Shown here piece after piece: positions 9,622 to 19,469 of a stretch of 64,000 nucleotides of DNA. Numbering within the stretch: position 1 is the stretch's first letter; every line of letters begins with the position of its first letter. Both the position numbers and the translations under genes were made by a program. The notes below the pieces were generated by a model. The model saw only the letters and a program-made list of their open reading frames with translations. It was not told where the DNA came from and did not search any database. The stretch is from Candidatus Cloacimonadales bacterium (GTDB taxonomy: Bacteria; Cloacimonadota; Cloacimonadia; Cloacimonadales; JAFGVF01), in the NCBI GenBank assembly GCA_963677495.2, contig CAXXOU010000004.1:544001-608000 (forward strand), read 5' to 3'.

Positions 9622-10902
9622 ATGAGAAAGATTGTAAGCTCTATATTGGTAGTTATATTAATAGCTTTGATTGGTTGTAGTAATGAGTCGACAAAAACTC
9701 AATATATTGAAGATGATAGCACAGAGAGTTATCTTTTAATAAGCTTTGATGAGATGTATGGTAACTATGTTTATCCTGATAGTTTACGACTTGATTTATC
9801 GTTTAATGGGTTAGATCAATGTTATGTTTTTACTAATCTAAATGAATATGCGTTAGTCATTGATAGCTTGGAGGTAAACTCAGTAGTTGATATGAAAGCT
9901 ACATTATATTTTGATGACATGAGAAAAACTACTTATTCTCAGTTTACTAAGAGTACTGGTTCTATAATTGGTTCATTAACATCAAGGTATTATCATGATA
10001 ATGTTATACTTAAACTTGATACAAACCAGGCAGTGCACGTGCATCCATCTGATTTTTATGATTTTACTGTTTTTGACAAATTCTTCAAGCAATACCACAT
10101 TGAAAATGCTGAAGCATTAGCTGATGCATACTTAGCAACTCCTATGAAGTTTATGACAGATAATCATACTTATTCCAATGTTGATGAGAACAATATTCCT
10201 TTAACAGAATACACTCCGGGCGTATGGTCTTATAATCCAGTATTTACGTGTAATAATGCATTTGGGCATCATGATGACTATTTGGAGACAGGTAATGAAG
10301 AGAGTTTGGCAAAGTTTTATGATAATGTTGACTGGTTATTAGAAAATAAAGATGACGATGCTTTCTTAAGATATGAATTTGAGTTTCAGCATGGTCCAGT
10401 TCCTTTAGAACTAGGATGGACTTCTGCGATGGCTCAAGGCCAAGCATTAGCAGCTGTATGTATGGCTTACCATACCTCTGGAGATGAAAAGTATTTACAA
10501 GCTGCTCATGAATTTTATGCAACTATGCATACAAACGTTGGTGAGACCTGGAACGTTTATATTGATGAAGAAGATTACCTGTGGTTTGAAGAATATCCAA
10601 ACCCGGACTTTTGTCATGTTCTTAATGGAAAACTGTTTGGAATGTGGGGATTATGGGATTACTATTGCATTACCAAAAATGAAGATGCTTTAGTGCTACT
10701 TCAGGGTGGAATAGCTTCCATATTGGACAACTACCCGATATGGAACATTGATGGAGTGGATGGATCTCGTTATTGTAAGCACACTACCACTATATCAACT
10801 TATCATAGAATACATAAACTTCAGTTAGCTGCTTATAGGGATATGTTTAATATAGATGAATTTGATGTAGTATTAAATACTTTTACTAATCAAAGGAATT
10901 AG
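9622..10902 (+). CDS. Lipoprotein with D-glucuronyl C5-epimerase C-terminal domain
   Basis: Likely ATG at 9622 after ggagg; lipobox LIGC; WTSAMAQGQAL, WFEEYP, HVLNG..FG..GL.DY, GSRY, YHRIH..QL motifs of the C5-epimerase family. Confidence 0.75.
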   Translation: MRKIVSSILVVILIALIGCSNESTKTQYIEDDSTESYLLISFDEMYGNYVYPDSLRLDLSFNGLDQCYVFTNLNEYALVIDSLEVNSVVDMKATLYFDDMRKTTYSQFTKSTGSIIGSLTSRYYHDNVILKLDTNQAVHVHPSDFYDFTVFDKFFKQYHIENAEALADAYLATPMKFMTDNHTYSNVDENNIPLTEYTPGVWSYNPVFTCNNAFGHHDDYLETGNEESLAKFYDNVDWLLENKDDDAFLRYEFEFQHGPVPLELGWTSAMAQGQALAAVCMAYHTSGDEKYLQAAHEFYATMHTNVGETWNVYIDEEDYLWFEEYPNPDFCHVLNGKLFGMWGLWDYYCITKNEDALVLLQGGIASILDNYPIWNIDGVDGSRYCKHTTTISTYHRIHKLQLAAYRDMFNIDEFDVVLNTFTNQRN

Positions 10903-10966
10903 CTCTTGTTTGTTGAAGATATTGAATCCTCAATATGAGCTAAATTCCAACTGTGAAACATGCTTA

Positions 10967-10996
10967 AAGGGTAGAAGTTATACAACTTCTACCCTT
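10967..10996. terminator. Terminator hairpin between convergent genes
   Basis: aagggtagaagtt-atac-aacttctaccctt perfect 13-bp stem. Confidence 0.75.
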
Positions 10997-11022
10997 AACA
11001 CAAATCTTTAAAATCAATTTCT

Positions 11023-12216
11023 TTATTTCATTTCCCAGAGTGAGCTGATGCCCATTCCACCACCGATGCAAAGAGAAGCTAAACCTTTCTTTGAACCGCG
11101 TTTTTTCATTTCATGGAGAAGAGTAACAATAATTCTTGCTCCTGAGCAACCGATAGGATGACCGATAGCGATAGCTCCACCGTTAACATTAACGATATCA
11201 GGATTGATACCACCGACTTCTTCAAGCCCTTTGAATACTGATAAAGACTGAGCAGCAAACGCTTCGTTCAACTCTGCAAGTTCAATATCTTCAAGTTTCC
11301 AACCACTCTTCTTGAGTACTTTTTTAACAGCAGGAACAGGTCCGAAACCCATAATAGAAGGATCAACACCGGCAGAAGCATAGTCGACTAAAGTAGCCAT
11401 TGGTGTAAGTCCTAACTCTTCAGCTTTCTCTTCACTCATAAGAAGTAAGAAAGCAGCACCATCATTGATACCTGATGAGTTAGCAGCAGTCACTGTACCA
11501 TCTTTCTTGAAAGCAGGTCTAAGTTTAGCTAAGCCTTGAGCAGTAACACCTTTGCGAGGGAATTCGTCTGTATCAAAGACAATTGGATCACCCTTTCTTT
11601 GAGGTATTGAGATAGGAACGATTTCATCTTTGAAACGACCTGACTCGATAGCAGCTTCAGCTTTGTTTTGACTACTTGCAGCAAAAGCATCTTGTGCTTC
11701 ACGAGTAAGGTTATACTTTTCAGCTAAGTTCTCAGCTGTAATTCCCATATGGTAACCATTAAAAATATCGAAAAGTCCATCATGAATCATAAGGTCAACA
11801 AGCTTCTTGTCACCCATACGAGCACCCCAACGAGCTTCACGATTGATATAAGGAATTTGACTCATGTTTTCAGTACCACCTGCAAGAATGATATCAGCTT
11901 CACCGAGAGCAATCATTCCTGCAGCAAGGGTGACAGTTTTCATACCTGAGCCACAAACTTTATTAACAGTATATGCAGGAACTGAGTTTGGGATACCGGC
12001 ATGAATTGATACCTGACGTGCAACGTTTTGCCCAAGTCCTGCGCCTACAACATTACCTACAATCACTTCATCAATCATTTCAGGTTTAACTCCGCTCTCT
12101 GCAAGCATAGCCTTCACAACCTGAACACCTAACTCAACAGCTGGTACTTTCATAAGTGAACCACCAAAGTTACCAACTGCACTTCTCTTAGCTGATACAA
12201 CAACTGTCTTTCTCAT
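11023..12216 (-). CDS. thlA: Acetyl-CoA acetyltransferase (thiolase)
   Basis: NKVCGSG (Cys), [23 protein letters not shown]. Confidence 0.95.
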   Translation of the reverse strand: MRKTVVVSAKRSAVGNFGGSLMKVPAVELGVQVVKAMLAESGVKPEMIDEVIVGNVVGAGLGQNVARQVSIHAGIPNSVPAYTVNKVCGSGMKTVTLAAGMIALGEADIILAGGTENMSQIPYINREARWGARMGDKKLVDLMIHDGLFDIFNGYHMGITAENLAEKYNLTREAQDAFAASSQNKAEAAIESGRFKDEIVPISIPQRKGDPIVFDTDEFPRKGVTAQGLAKLRPAFKKDGTVTAANSSGINDGAAFLLLMSEEKAEELGLTPMATLVDYASAGVDPSIMGFGPVPAVKKVLKKSGWKLEDIELAELNEAFAAQSLSVFKGLEEVGGINPDIVNVNGGAIAIGHPIGCSGARIIVTLLHEMKKRGSKKGLASLCIGGGMGISSLWEMK

Positions 12217-12229
12217 TATTCCTCCATAT

Positions 12230-13117
12230 CTATTTATTTTCTCGTTTTTCTATTATAATCTCTTCAAGCTCTTTCGGGCTAAAAGTATATTTTTTATCAC
12301 AGAAATGGCATTCTGTTACAACATCTTCATGTTTCATGTCATTTAGATCTTCTTTACTGAGCATTTTAAGCCCTATCCTGAACTTCTCTCTGCTGCAATT
12401 ACACCTATATTCCGGTGCTGTTTCATCCATAATCTTCACATCAAAGCCTTTCAAAACGATCTCTTTAACAATCTTCTCAGCATCAAAGCCCATATCTAGG
12501 AGATCTGTGTAATATGGCATAGAAGAGATGTTCTCCTCAAGTTTTACTATTGTAGCTTCAGGAGTACTTGGAAGAAGTTGAATCAAGAACCCGCCAGCTC
12601 TTTTTACTTCAGCTTTTTCATCTATCAAAACACCAAGACTACATGCACTTGGTACCTGGTCAGATTGGAAGAGAAAGTAAGTAAGATCTTCGGCAATTTC
12701 ACCGGTCCTAAGTTCTGATGTACTAGTATAAGGTTGCTCGTTCTTCTGATGTCTGATTACATTTAGGAAGCCGGAACCAACAAGAGATCCAATATTCTGA
12801 AGCAATACTTTCTCATCATTTTCAGGTATATATGTAGGATTATTAACAAATCCACGAACATATCCACCACGCTCAGTAACAGCAGTTGCCTTACCTAAGG
12901 GACCTTCACCTTGGAGTGAAAGTGTCATAGATTCAGATAAACCTTTTAAATCCACACTCAATAGCATGCTTGCGGTAAGAAGTCTTCCTAATACGACAGT
13001 TGCGTGAGGAGAGCTTTTTTGATATTCCTGAGCTGTCTTTACAACTCCTGTTGAATCAGTTACAACAAACCGAATCTCATTATTGGAAGCTGTTCCTCTA
13101 ATCAATCTATCGGGCAT
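12230..13117 (-). CDS. hslO: Hsp33 redox-regulated chaperone
   Basis: [25 protein letters not shown], Zn motifs CNCS...CHFC; likely ATG at 13117 after ggagg. Confidence 0.93.
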   Translation of the reverse strand: MPDRLIRGTASNNEIRFVVTDSTGVVKTAQEYQKSSPHATVVLGRLLTASMLLSVDLKGLSESMTLSLQGEGPLGKATAVTERGGYVRGFVNNPTYIPENDEKVLLQNIGSLVGSGFLNVIRHQKNEQPYTSTSELRTGEIAEDLTYFLFQSDQVPSACSLGVLIDEKAEVKRAGGFLIQLLPSTPEATIVKLEENISSMPYYTDLLDMGFDAEKIVKEIVLKGFDVKIMDETAPEYRCNCSREKFRIGLKMLSKEDLNDMKHEDVVTECHFCDKKYTFSPKELEEIIIEKRENK

Positions 13118-13225
13118 TATTCCTCCGAAAATATAATCATTAATTAATATCAAATCAATCTATGTTAAGGATTAAGAAAAATGGATAATGTCAACTAAAA
13201 TCGTAATTGTGTAAATAAAATGAAA

Positions 13226-13254
13226 CCCCTGTCCAGATAATGTCTAAACAGGGG
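13226..13254 (-). terminator. Putative terminator hairpin
   Basis: cccctgt..aga..tct..acagggg stem just downstream of the aminotransferase gene. Confidence 0.5.
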
Positions 13255-13275
13255 CATACTAATCTATTAAAACTA

Positions 13276-14475
13276 CTATAATCCTTTATCAGATTTGAAC
13301 TTTTCAAGTCCTGTACGGAAGATATGCATAGCTTTTGCTAAGTCATTCTCATTAAGGATATAAGCAAATCTTACTTCACTTAGTCCTGCACCTTTTGTTG
13401 CATAGAAACCGGCAGCAGGAGCAACCATTACAGTTTCGTTGTTCACATGGTACTCGCTAAGTAACCAGATAACAAACTCCTCTGCATTAGGGATAGGAAG
13501 CTTAGCTACAATGTAGAAAGCACCTTCAGGTTTCTTACAAACGATACCATCAATCTTCTCTAGCTCAGCGAAGACGATATCACGACGTTTCTTATATTCA
13601 CCAATTGTGGCATCGAAGTATGACTGAGGTAAGTCAACACAAGCAGAAGCAGCCATCTGATCAATAGTTGGAGGGCATAAACGCGCTTGAGCGAGTTTTA
13701 ACATAGCAGCCATAAGCTCTTTATTGCGGGAAATTACACAACCAATACGTGCACCACATGCACTGTAGCGTTTGGAAACACTATCAACCATGATTGCTCT
13801 GTCTTCAATTCCATTAATCTTTAGAATACTTGTAGCTTCTGTTTTATCATAAGTGAACTCACGATAAACTTCATCAGAGATAACGAATAAGCCTTTCTCT
13901 TTAGCTATCTCAGCTACCATCTCCACTTCTTCTTGACTATAAACTTTACCTGTAGGATTGCCCGGGTTACAGATCATAATTGCTTTTGTTTTAAAAGTTA
14001 TTAAAGCTTCAATATCCTCTTTAGTAGGAAGTGCAAATGCTTCCTCTACTTTAGTTGAGATAGGTTTAATCTTAACGCCTGCCATATCAGCAAAGCCGTT
14101 ATAATTAGTATAGAAAGGTTCAGGTATGAGAATCTCATCACCAACATTACACACAGCTGTTAAGGCAAACACAATTGCCTCTGAACCGGCAGTTGTAACA
14201 ATAATATCATTAACTGTAAGGTCAATCTCATGACCCTTATAATATTTAACAAGATTCTTACGGTAACATTCAAGTCCCTGTGAAGGTCCATAAGCTAATA
14301 CTTTAGAATCAAAGTTATGATATACATCCATCATCGCTTTTGGAGTTTCAATATCAGGTTGACCAATATTGAGATGATAAACGTGGAGTCCTTGCTCCTT
14401 TGCTGCATTTGCATATGGCATCAGCTTTCTGATAGGAGATGCCTGCATGTCTTGTACGCGTTGAGAAATCTTCAT
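13276..14475 (-). CDS. Class I/II PLP aminotransferase (aspartate aminotransferase-like)
   Basis: LNIGQPD, CNPGNPTG, ISDEVY, DSVSKRYSACGARIG. Confidence 0.92.
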   Translation of the reverse strand: MKISQRVQDMQASPIRKLMPYANAAKEQGLHVYHLNIGQPDIETPKAMMDVYHNFDSKVLAYGPSQGLECYRKNLVKYYKGHEIDLTVNDIIVTTAGSEAIVFALTAVCNVGDEILIPEPFYTNYNGFADMAGVKIKPISTKVEEAFALPTKEDIEALITFKTKAIMICNPGNPTGKVYSQEEVEMVAEIAKEKGLFVISDEVYREFTYDKTEATSILKINGIEDRAIMVDSVSKRYSACGARIGCVISRNKELMAAMLKLAQARLCPPTIDQMAASACVDLPQSYFDATIGEYKKRRDIVFAELEKIDGIVCKKPEGAFYIVAKLPIPNAEEFVIWLLSEYHVNNETVMVAPAAGFYATKGAGLSEVRFAYILNENDLAKAMHIFRTGLEKFKSDKGL

Positions 14476-14565
14476 TTCACTACACTCCTGAGATTATTAT
14501 TTTTGCTACTATTTTACAGTGTTAGAAATGAGCAAGTAAATTTTATATGTATGTGTTTATATTAT

Positions 14566-14888
14566 TGGAGCAGTCACCATTACAACCAACGGGAGGAGCT
14601 CGTAAGCCGATAGGCGCACAACTTCCGGGTCGCTCGAATGGCTTTAGTGGATAAACGTTTTCTGTATTGACTTATCTTTATGGTATTCAAGCTTTTGTTT
14701 TAACCACGAAAGACACGAAAGACACGAAAAATACTGCATTTCCCTTTTCGTGGTTTTTGTGCTTTTTGTGGTTTGTATTTGTTAGAGCATCTTTCGGAAG
14801 GGAAATAAGCTCTTCTTTAGCTGAGAGACTAAAGCTATCGGAGAGTTCCCTCTACTCGTTCGTATCCTCACTCGATCGGGATGACAAG
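14566..14888 (+). repeat. Intergenic REP-like mosaic with a nested 9-bp-periodic hairpin
   Basis: Homologous to 23518-23545 and to the ~143-bp unit duplicated at 23680-23978; ends ...ctcactcgatcgggatgaca; insert ~14698-14774 (cacgaaaga repeats vs ttcgtg/tttgtg). Confidence 0.85.
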
Positions 14889-14978
14889 CATGGTTATGGA
14901 TTTACCATCGCAAATCCCATTTGCTTCGTAATCCTAAGTGTAATGAATGCCAATTTAGCTATATTTGACCAACAGAAT

Positions 14979-16073
14979 CTAAAACTCCTCTTTACCCCCA
15001 ATCTTTATCTCGTAGCCCTCGTCACCCCAAGCGATATCACACTGGAAGTTGAACTTGTTCTTTTCGATAATAGTATAGCGTAAGCCTGTACCTACAGAAT
15101 ATTTTAAGTCATCATATGCGATTGCTTCGATTGTAGGGGAGACAAGACCTGCTTCAGCGAACACAACATATCCGAATGGGTAAAGTATAGTATCCTTTGG
15201 AAATAGGAATCTGCTTTCGGAGCGGAACGAGATTCTATTCTTATCAATGAATCTATTGGAACTGTAAGCTCTTAGTTGGTCTCCTAACTTTGCCATCATA
15301 TAGAAAGGTACATCTCCCTGATTAATCTCAAAATCAAACTGATTAGCTACAACAGTCCTGTTTATTAGGGAATAATAGGTTCTTAAATCAATATGGTATT
15401 TCTCAAAATCGTAATCACCATATGCCTCTTCCATATATTTATACGCAGATAACGTGAACTTTACGCCGGAATAGGGGAAGTAGGGACCATCTGTAGTATC
15501 AAACTCAAGCATTCCACCGAGTCCTGCAACTTCTGAAGTCTCAGAACCGGGTATCGTTAAGCTACTAAGAATACCTTCCTCATCATGTTCTGGGTAATCA
15601 TAATGTTGCCAATCGGCTCCAACACCTAAAGAAAAGTATTCGTTAAAGTATTTATGCAATTCGGTTTTCAGAATATATTTATTAGTGGTATACTCCTCCG
15701 ATAGATCCTTATCTGTTTCATTTCCAATCCCATAGAATGTGTCAGGCCATTTCCTGAACTTAGCTTCAGATTTAACCTTCCAACTTCCAGACTTATATGT
15801 CGGTCTCATTCGTAACTCAAACTGCTCTTTAAGTGAATACTTAGCAGTTGTATCAAAAGTAAAGAAGTTACTTCTTTTATTCACGTTCCCGGGATTAATA
15901 TATACACCTAATCCGAACACTGCACTTGTTTCGCTAGAATAGCTGAATCCGGGCATGATAATATACTTTGGATTCAGGAGTGCTTTATATAGAGCTGATT
16001 GCCTCGTGAACTGTGCATGCAACGATGTCAGTCCCAGTAAAGCCATCAGCAATAGTGGCTTTAATAATCTCAT
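14979..16073 (-). CDS. Omp85/BamA-superfamily outer-membrane beta-barrel lacking POTRA domains
   Basis: Signal peptide, LRAY...RFID lid motif variant, YSVGTGLRY, C-terminal Phe (GKEEF). Confidence 0.8.
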   Translation of the reverse strand: MRLLKPLLLMALLGLTSLHAQFTRQSALYKALLNPKYIIMPGFSYSSETSAVFGLGVYINPGNVNKRSNFFTFDTTAKYSLKEQFELRMRPTYKSGSWKVKSEAKFRKWPDTFYGIGNETDKDLSEEYTTNKYILKTELHKYFNEYFSLGVGADWQHYDYPEHDEEGILSSLTIPGSETSEVAGLGGMLEFDTTDGPYFPYSGVKFTLSAYKYMEEAYGDYDFEKYHIDLRTYYSLINRTVVANQFDFEINQGDVPFYMMAKLGDQLRAYSSNRFIDKNRISFRSESRFLFPKDTILYPFGYVVFAEAGLVSPTIEAIAYDDLKYSVGTGLRYTIIEKNKFNFQCDIAWGDEGYEIKIGGKEEF

Positions 16074-16079
16074 TAAATG

Positions 16080-17615
16080 CTATTTCCCTAACTGTTTTTT
16101 ATTATGTAATTTCCTGCAAATCTTTTCAACTTCTCTGAAGTTAACTTTTCCGCTTCCCATGAGAGGAAGCTCATCAACAGTAAAGAAATCTTTGGGTATA
16201 GAAATAGCAGGTAGCTTCTTTTTCAACTGCGCTTTAATCTTTTTTATATCAACTTCCTTGTCTGTTAAAGCAGCAACAATATCTGCTCCCTTCACAGGAT
16301 TAGGGATCTCCACGACACAGCAGATGGAGTCTTCGGGAAGAAGGTCATCTAAAGCGTTCTCTACATTCACTAGTGATACCATCTCGCCACCAATCTTAAC
16401 GAATCTTTTAAGTCTTCCTTTATGCCATAGGTAGCCATCTTTATCCAGCATTCCCATATCACCGGTATCATACCAACCATTTCTGATTCTAAGTTTGGTC
16501 TCTTCATAGTCACCAAGATACCCTTTCATCACCAGACTACCTTTGACCATTATCTTACCTACTTCACCTGCACCAAGCTCCTCTTCTGTATCTACATGCA
16601 GAATCTTTACCTTAGTGTTTGGTAATGGTTGTCCAATACTACCAGGTTTATTGAAGTCTTTTGAGTTAGCTGAAACAACCGGACTTGTTTCGGTAGCACC
16701 ATATCCTTCAAGCAAGACTTTACCATGAACTTTTTGATACTCTTCTCTTAGGTGGTTAGGTAGCTTGTCAGCACCTGCCATCATAATGTTGAGTGAGTCA
16801 AAGTCACCTTTCTTAGCTTTCTTCAGATAGCCGTGGAAGAAAGTAGGTGTTCCCACCATCATCGTAATCTTCTTCTCCTTAATATGTTCTACTATTTGCT
16901 TATAATCAAGTGGATTAGCAAATGCAATCACAGTTGCACCAAGAGTCATTGGAAGGAAACAAGTAACAGTCAAACCAAACACGTGAAAATAGGGGAGATT
17001 ACCAGCAAAGACATCTTTGTCACTAACGTCAAAACGGGCCGGTACACCCTCTACATTGTGAGTTATATTTCTATGTGTCAGCTGCACAGCTTTCGGATCT
17101 TTTTCACTACCACTAGTAAAGAGAATTACAATGTTGTCATCACGTTCAGCTGCAGGAACTGATTTAATTATAAATGAAGCAGGCATTTGAGCAAGTAGAG
17201 CTGATTTAGCCTTATCAATTGTCGAAATATCATTAAGAATATCTTCAATGTATATCATTCCATCCATTTCTGGAATGTTGAGTTTATCACAAAGTTTTTT
17301 ACTCGTAATGAAATTCAGAAAACTGCATTTCAGTTGAGCATATTCCGCATTCTTCTCCGCACCGGTTGAGTAGTTAATCATAACAGGAATTTTTCCGGCT
17401 AACAGTGTGGCATAGATTGAAATAATACAACCTGCAGATGTAGGAATCATAATTCCAATATGTTTCTCAGGATAATGTTTCAATTTGTCAGCTAGAATCA
17501 GTGATGCTATTAATAGCTTGTTATATGTAAATGAACGCTTACTCATTACGTCATAGACAGCAACTTTGCGTCCATATTTCTTTGCAGTTTTAATAAATTC
17601 ATGATGCAGAATCAT
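16080..17615 (-). CDS. AMP-binding acyl-ACP synthetase (Aas C-terminal-type domain, stand-alone)
   Basis: ILFTSGSEKDPKAVQLTH, EGYGATETSP, WYDTGD, GRLKRFVKIGGEMVSL, GSGKV; likely ATG at 17615. Confidence 0.85.
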   Translation of the reverse strand: MILHHEFIKTAKKYGRKVAVYDVMSKRSFTYNKLLIASLILADKLKHYPEKHIGIMIPTSAGCIISIYATLLAGKIPVMINYSTGAEKNAEYAQLKCSFLNFITSKKLCDKLNIPEMDGMIYIEDILNDISTIDKAKSALLAQMPASFIIKSVPAAERDDNIVILFTSGSEKDPKAVQLTHRNITHNVEGVPARFDVSDKDVFAGNLPYFHVFGLTVTCFLPMTLGATVIAFANPLDYKQIVEHIKEKKITMMVGTPTFFHGYLKKAKKGDFDSLNIMMAGADKLPNHLREEYQKVHGKVLLEGYGATETSPVVSANSKDFNKPGSIGQPLPNTKVKILHVDTEEELGAGEVGKIMVKGSLVMKGYLGDYEETKLRIRNGWYDTGDMGMLDKDGYLWHKGRLKRFVKIGGEMVSLVNVENALDDLLPEDSICCVVEIPNPVKGADIVAALTDKEVDIKKIKAQLKKKLPAISIPKDFFTVDELPLMGSGKVNFREVEKICRKLHNKKQLGK

Positions 17616-17842
17616 AAGAAAGTCCTTTTTGAATTTCATTCAATTAACGATTAAGGTCAATATCTATTACTAAATAGAGGAATTCTTTAATGTTGTCAAA
17701 TAATAAATGGTATAAGTGCAATGATAGTGAATTCCTTTCAATTTCTTTATGCAAATCCTTTACTACCATTCTGCTCCCATTCAATTGATACTCTTTACAA
17801 TTAACTAAGTTATCCACAACTTGTGACTAACTTACAGCTTAG

Positions 17843-17885
17843 AGTAAGAGAGAAGTAAGTGTCCAGTAAGTGTGGAGTAAGAGAG
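17843..17885. repeat. 11-bp-periodic AGTAAG array
   Basis: AGTAAG at 17843, 17854, 17865, 17876. Confidence 0.75.
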
Positions 17886-17956
17886 TAGTAGGAATTGATT
17901 GGGAATAATTCATCAAAACAGTGAGTTTTGGTTCTTTTATCTCTTTGTTTTCCCGA

Positions 17957-18096
17957 TTTGCACTGGAGCAACAGATATATAAAACCTATAAGTATCCTAT
18001 ATGACCCTTATATGAAACCTATATAAACATATAGGAATCTTTTAACATGGATATGGGATATATTTACTCTTCATGTATTTGTTGCTCCAGTGCAAA
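17957..18096. mobile_element. MITE-like element: 17-bp perfect terminal inverted repeats enclosing an 11-bp-periodic CCTATA array
   Basis: tttgcactggagcaaca (17957-17973) / tgttgctccagtgcaaa (18080-18096); CCTATA-like units at 17985, 17996, 18007, 18018. Confidence 0.5.
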
Positions 18097-18199
18097 GTGG
18101 GGGAGAAGAGGAAAAAAAATGAAAACGTATAAAGATATGTAGTATAAGGATATAGGTTAAGTAGGAGCAATTATGAAGAGTGAAAAAAGAATTTAGTGC

Positions 18200-18235
18200 T
18201 TGACATATTTGGTGTATTGGTTAGCCATAACACCA
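18200..18235 (+). promoter_or_regulatory. -35 box (TTGACA) and palindromic YtrA-type GntR operator
   Basis: ttgaca 18200-18205; tggtgt-attggttagccata-acacca inverted repeat 18210-18235, resembling the GTGT...ACAC operators of YtrA-subfamily GntR regulators, directly upstream of the RBS. Confidence 0.6.
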
Positions 18236-18252
18236 GATTAGGAGGCGATAAA

Positions 18253-18624
18253 ATGGAATTTACCAAAGAGATGCCGATTTACTTGCAGTTAAAGAAACTG
18301 GTTGAAGAAGGAATCTTGTCTGATAATTACAGTCATGATGACCCTCTTCCTTCAATCAGAAACTTAGCTCAGGCATATCGCCTAAATCCTCAAACAGTGG
18401 CAAGTGCGTTCTCGGAGTTGGTTAACGACGGGCTTGTTTATAAGAAGAGAGGTCTTGGCTTCTTTGTGGCCGAAGATGCCAAGGAGAAACTTCTTAGTGC
18501 GAGGAGAGCTGAGTTTTACGAAAAAGATGTGCGTGAGTTCGCTAAAAGCGTATCCTTTTTAGGGATCGAAGTAAGCGAGATATGTGAAATGCTCAAGAAG
18601 ATTATAGTGGAGGTGACTTTATGA
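18253..18624 (+). CDS. GntR (YtrA subfamily) transcriptional regulator
   Basis: PIYLQLK...LPSIRNLA....NPQTV..AF.EL...G....KRGLGFFV; ATG 18253 after aggagg. Confidence 0.92.
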   Translation: MEFTKEMPIYLQLKKLVEEGILSDNYSHDDPLPSIRNLAQAYRLNPQTVASAFSELVNDGLVYKKRGLGFFVAEDAKEKLLSARRAEFYEKDVREFAKSVSFLGIEVSEICEMLKKIIVEVTL

Positions 18625-19469
18625 GCGTAATGGAAGTTAAAGGTGTAACCAAATACTATAGAAAGCTTAAGGCTTTGGATGATGTAAATCTGACTATACC
18701 AAAGGGACGCATCATTGGTCTTTTCGGACGTAACGGCGCCGGGAAGTCAACTCTTATGCGTTGCATGTTGGGTCTTCTCCATCACGAAGGTGAGATTATT
18801 TTAGGTGGAGAGAAGGTTAAATATAGTGATGCCAAGATGTTCGAGAAGATTGCGTTCATACCGGATGTGTCTGCTCTTGATAGAAGAATAAGGGTTAAAG
18901 ATGCTATTGAGCTTGTGAAAGGAATGAATCCTTCCTGGAATGATGAGCGTTTTGATAAGCTGTTTGCTAAGAGTAACCTACCTTTAAAGAACAAGATAAC
19001 GACCCTTTCCAAAGGTATGAAAACTAAACTCTATCTATTACTTACACTCTGTCTTGATGTGGATATTCTGCTTCTGGATGAACCAACTCTCGGACTTGAT
19101 ATCCAGTTTAGAAAGGAGTTCTTTAACTCAATTCTTGGAGAGTTCTACAATGCAGAAAGAACTATCATAATTTCAACTCATCAAGTTGAAGAAGTAGAAA
19201 ACATCTTGCAAGACATAATCTTCATAGATAATGGTAAGATAATTCTTTATGATTCAATAGATAACATAAACAATGAATATAAGCAGATTACAGTTCCAAG
19301 TGCTTCAAAAGAGATTGTAATGGCAATGGAACCTCTCTCAGTGTTCGAAGGGCTTGGTAACATTACAGCACTTGTAAAAGGTGAAATAAGTGAGGAGCTA
19401 CTTGTATCATATAGTAACCCTCGAATTGCAGACCTTTTCTTAGCATTAGTAGGAGGAAGTGATGAATAA
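18621..19469 (+). CDS. ABC transporter ATP-binding protein (YtrB-like)
   Basis: Walker A GRNGAGKS, LSKGM signature, LLLDEPT, STH. Confidence 0.95.
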   Translation: MSVMEVKGVTKYYRKLKALDDVNLTIPKGRIIGLFGRNGAGKSTLMRCMLGLLHHEGEIILGGEKVKYSDAKMFEKIAFIPDVSALDRRIRVKDAIELVKGMNPSWNDERFDKLFAKSNLPLKNKITTLSKGMKTKLYLLLTLCLDVDILLLDEPTLGLDIQFRKEFFNSILGEFYNAERTIIISTHQVEEVENILQDIIFIDNGKIILYDSIDNINNEYKQITVPSASKEIVMAMEPLSVFEGLGNITALVKGEISEELLVSYSNPRIADLFLALVGGSDE

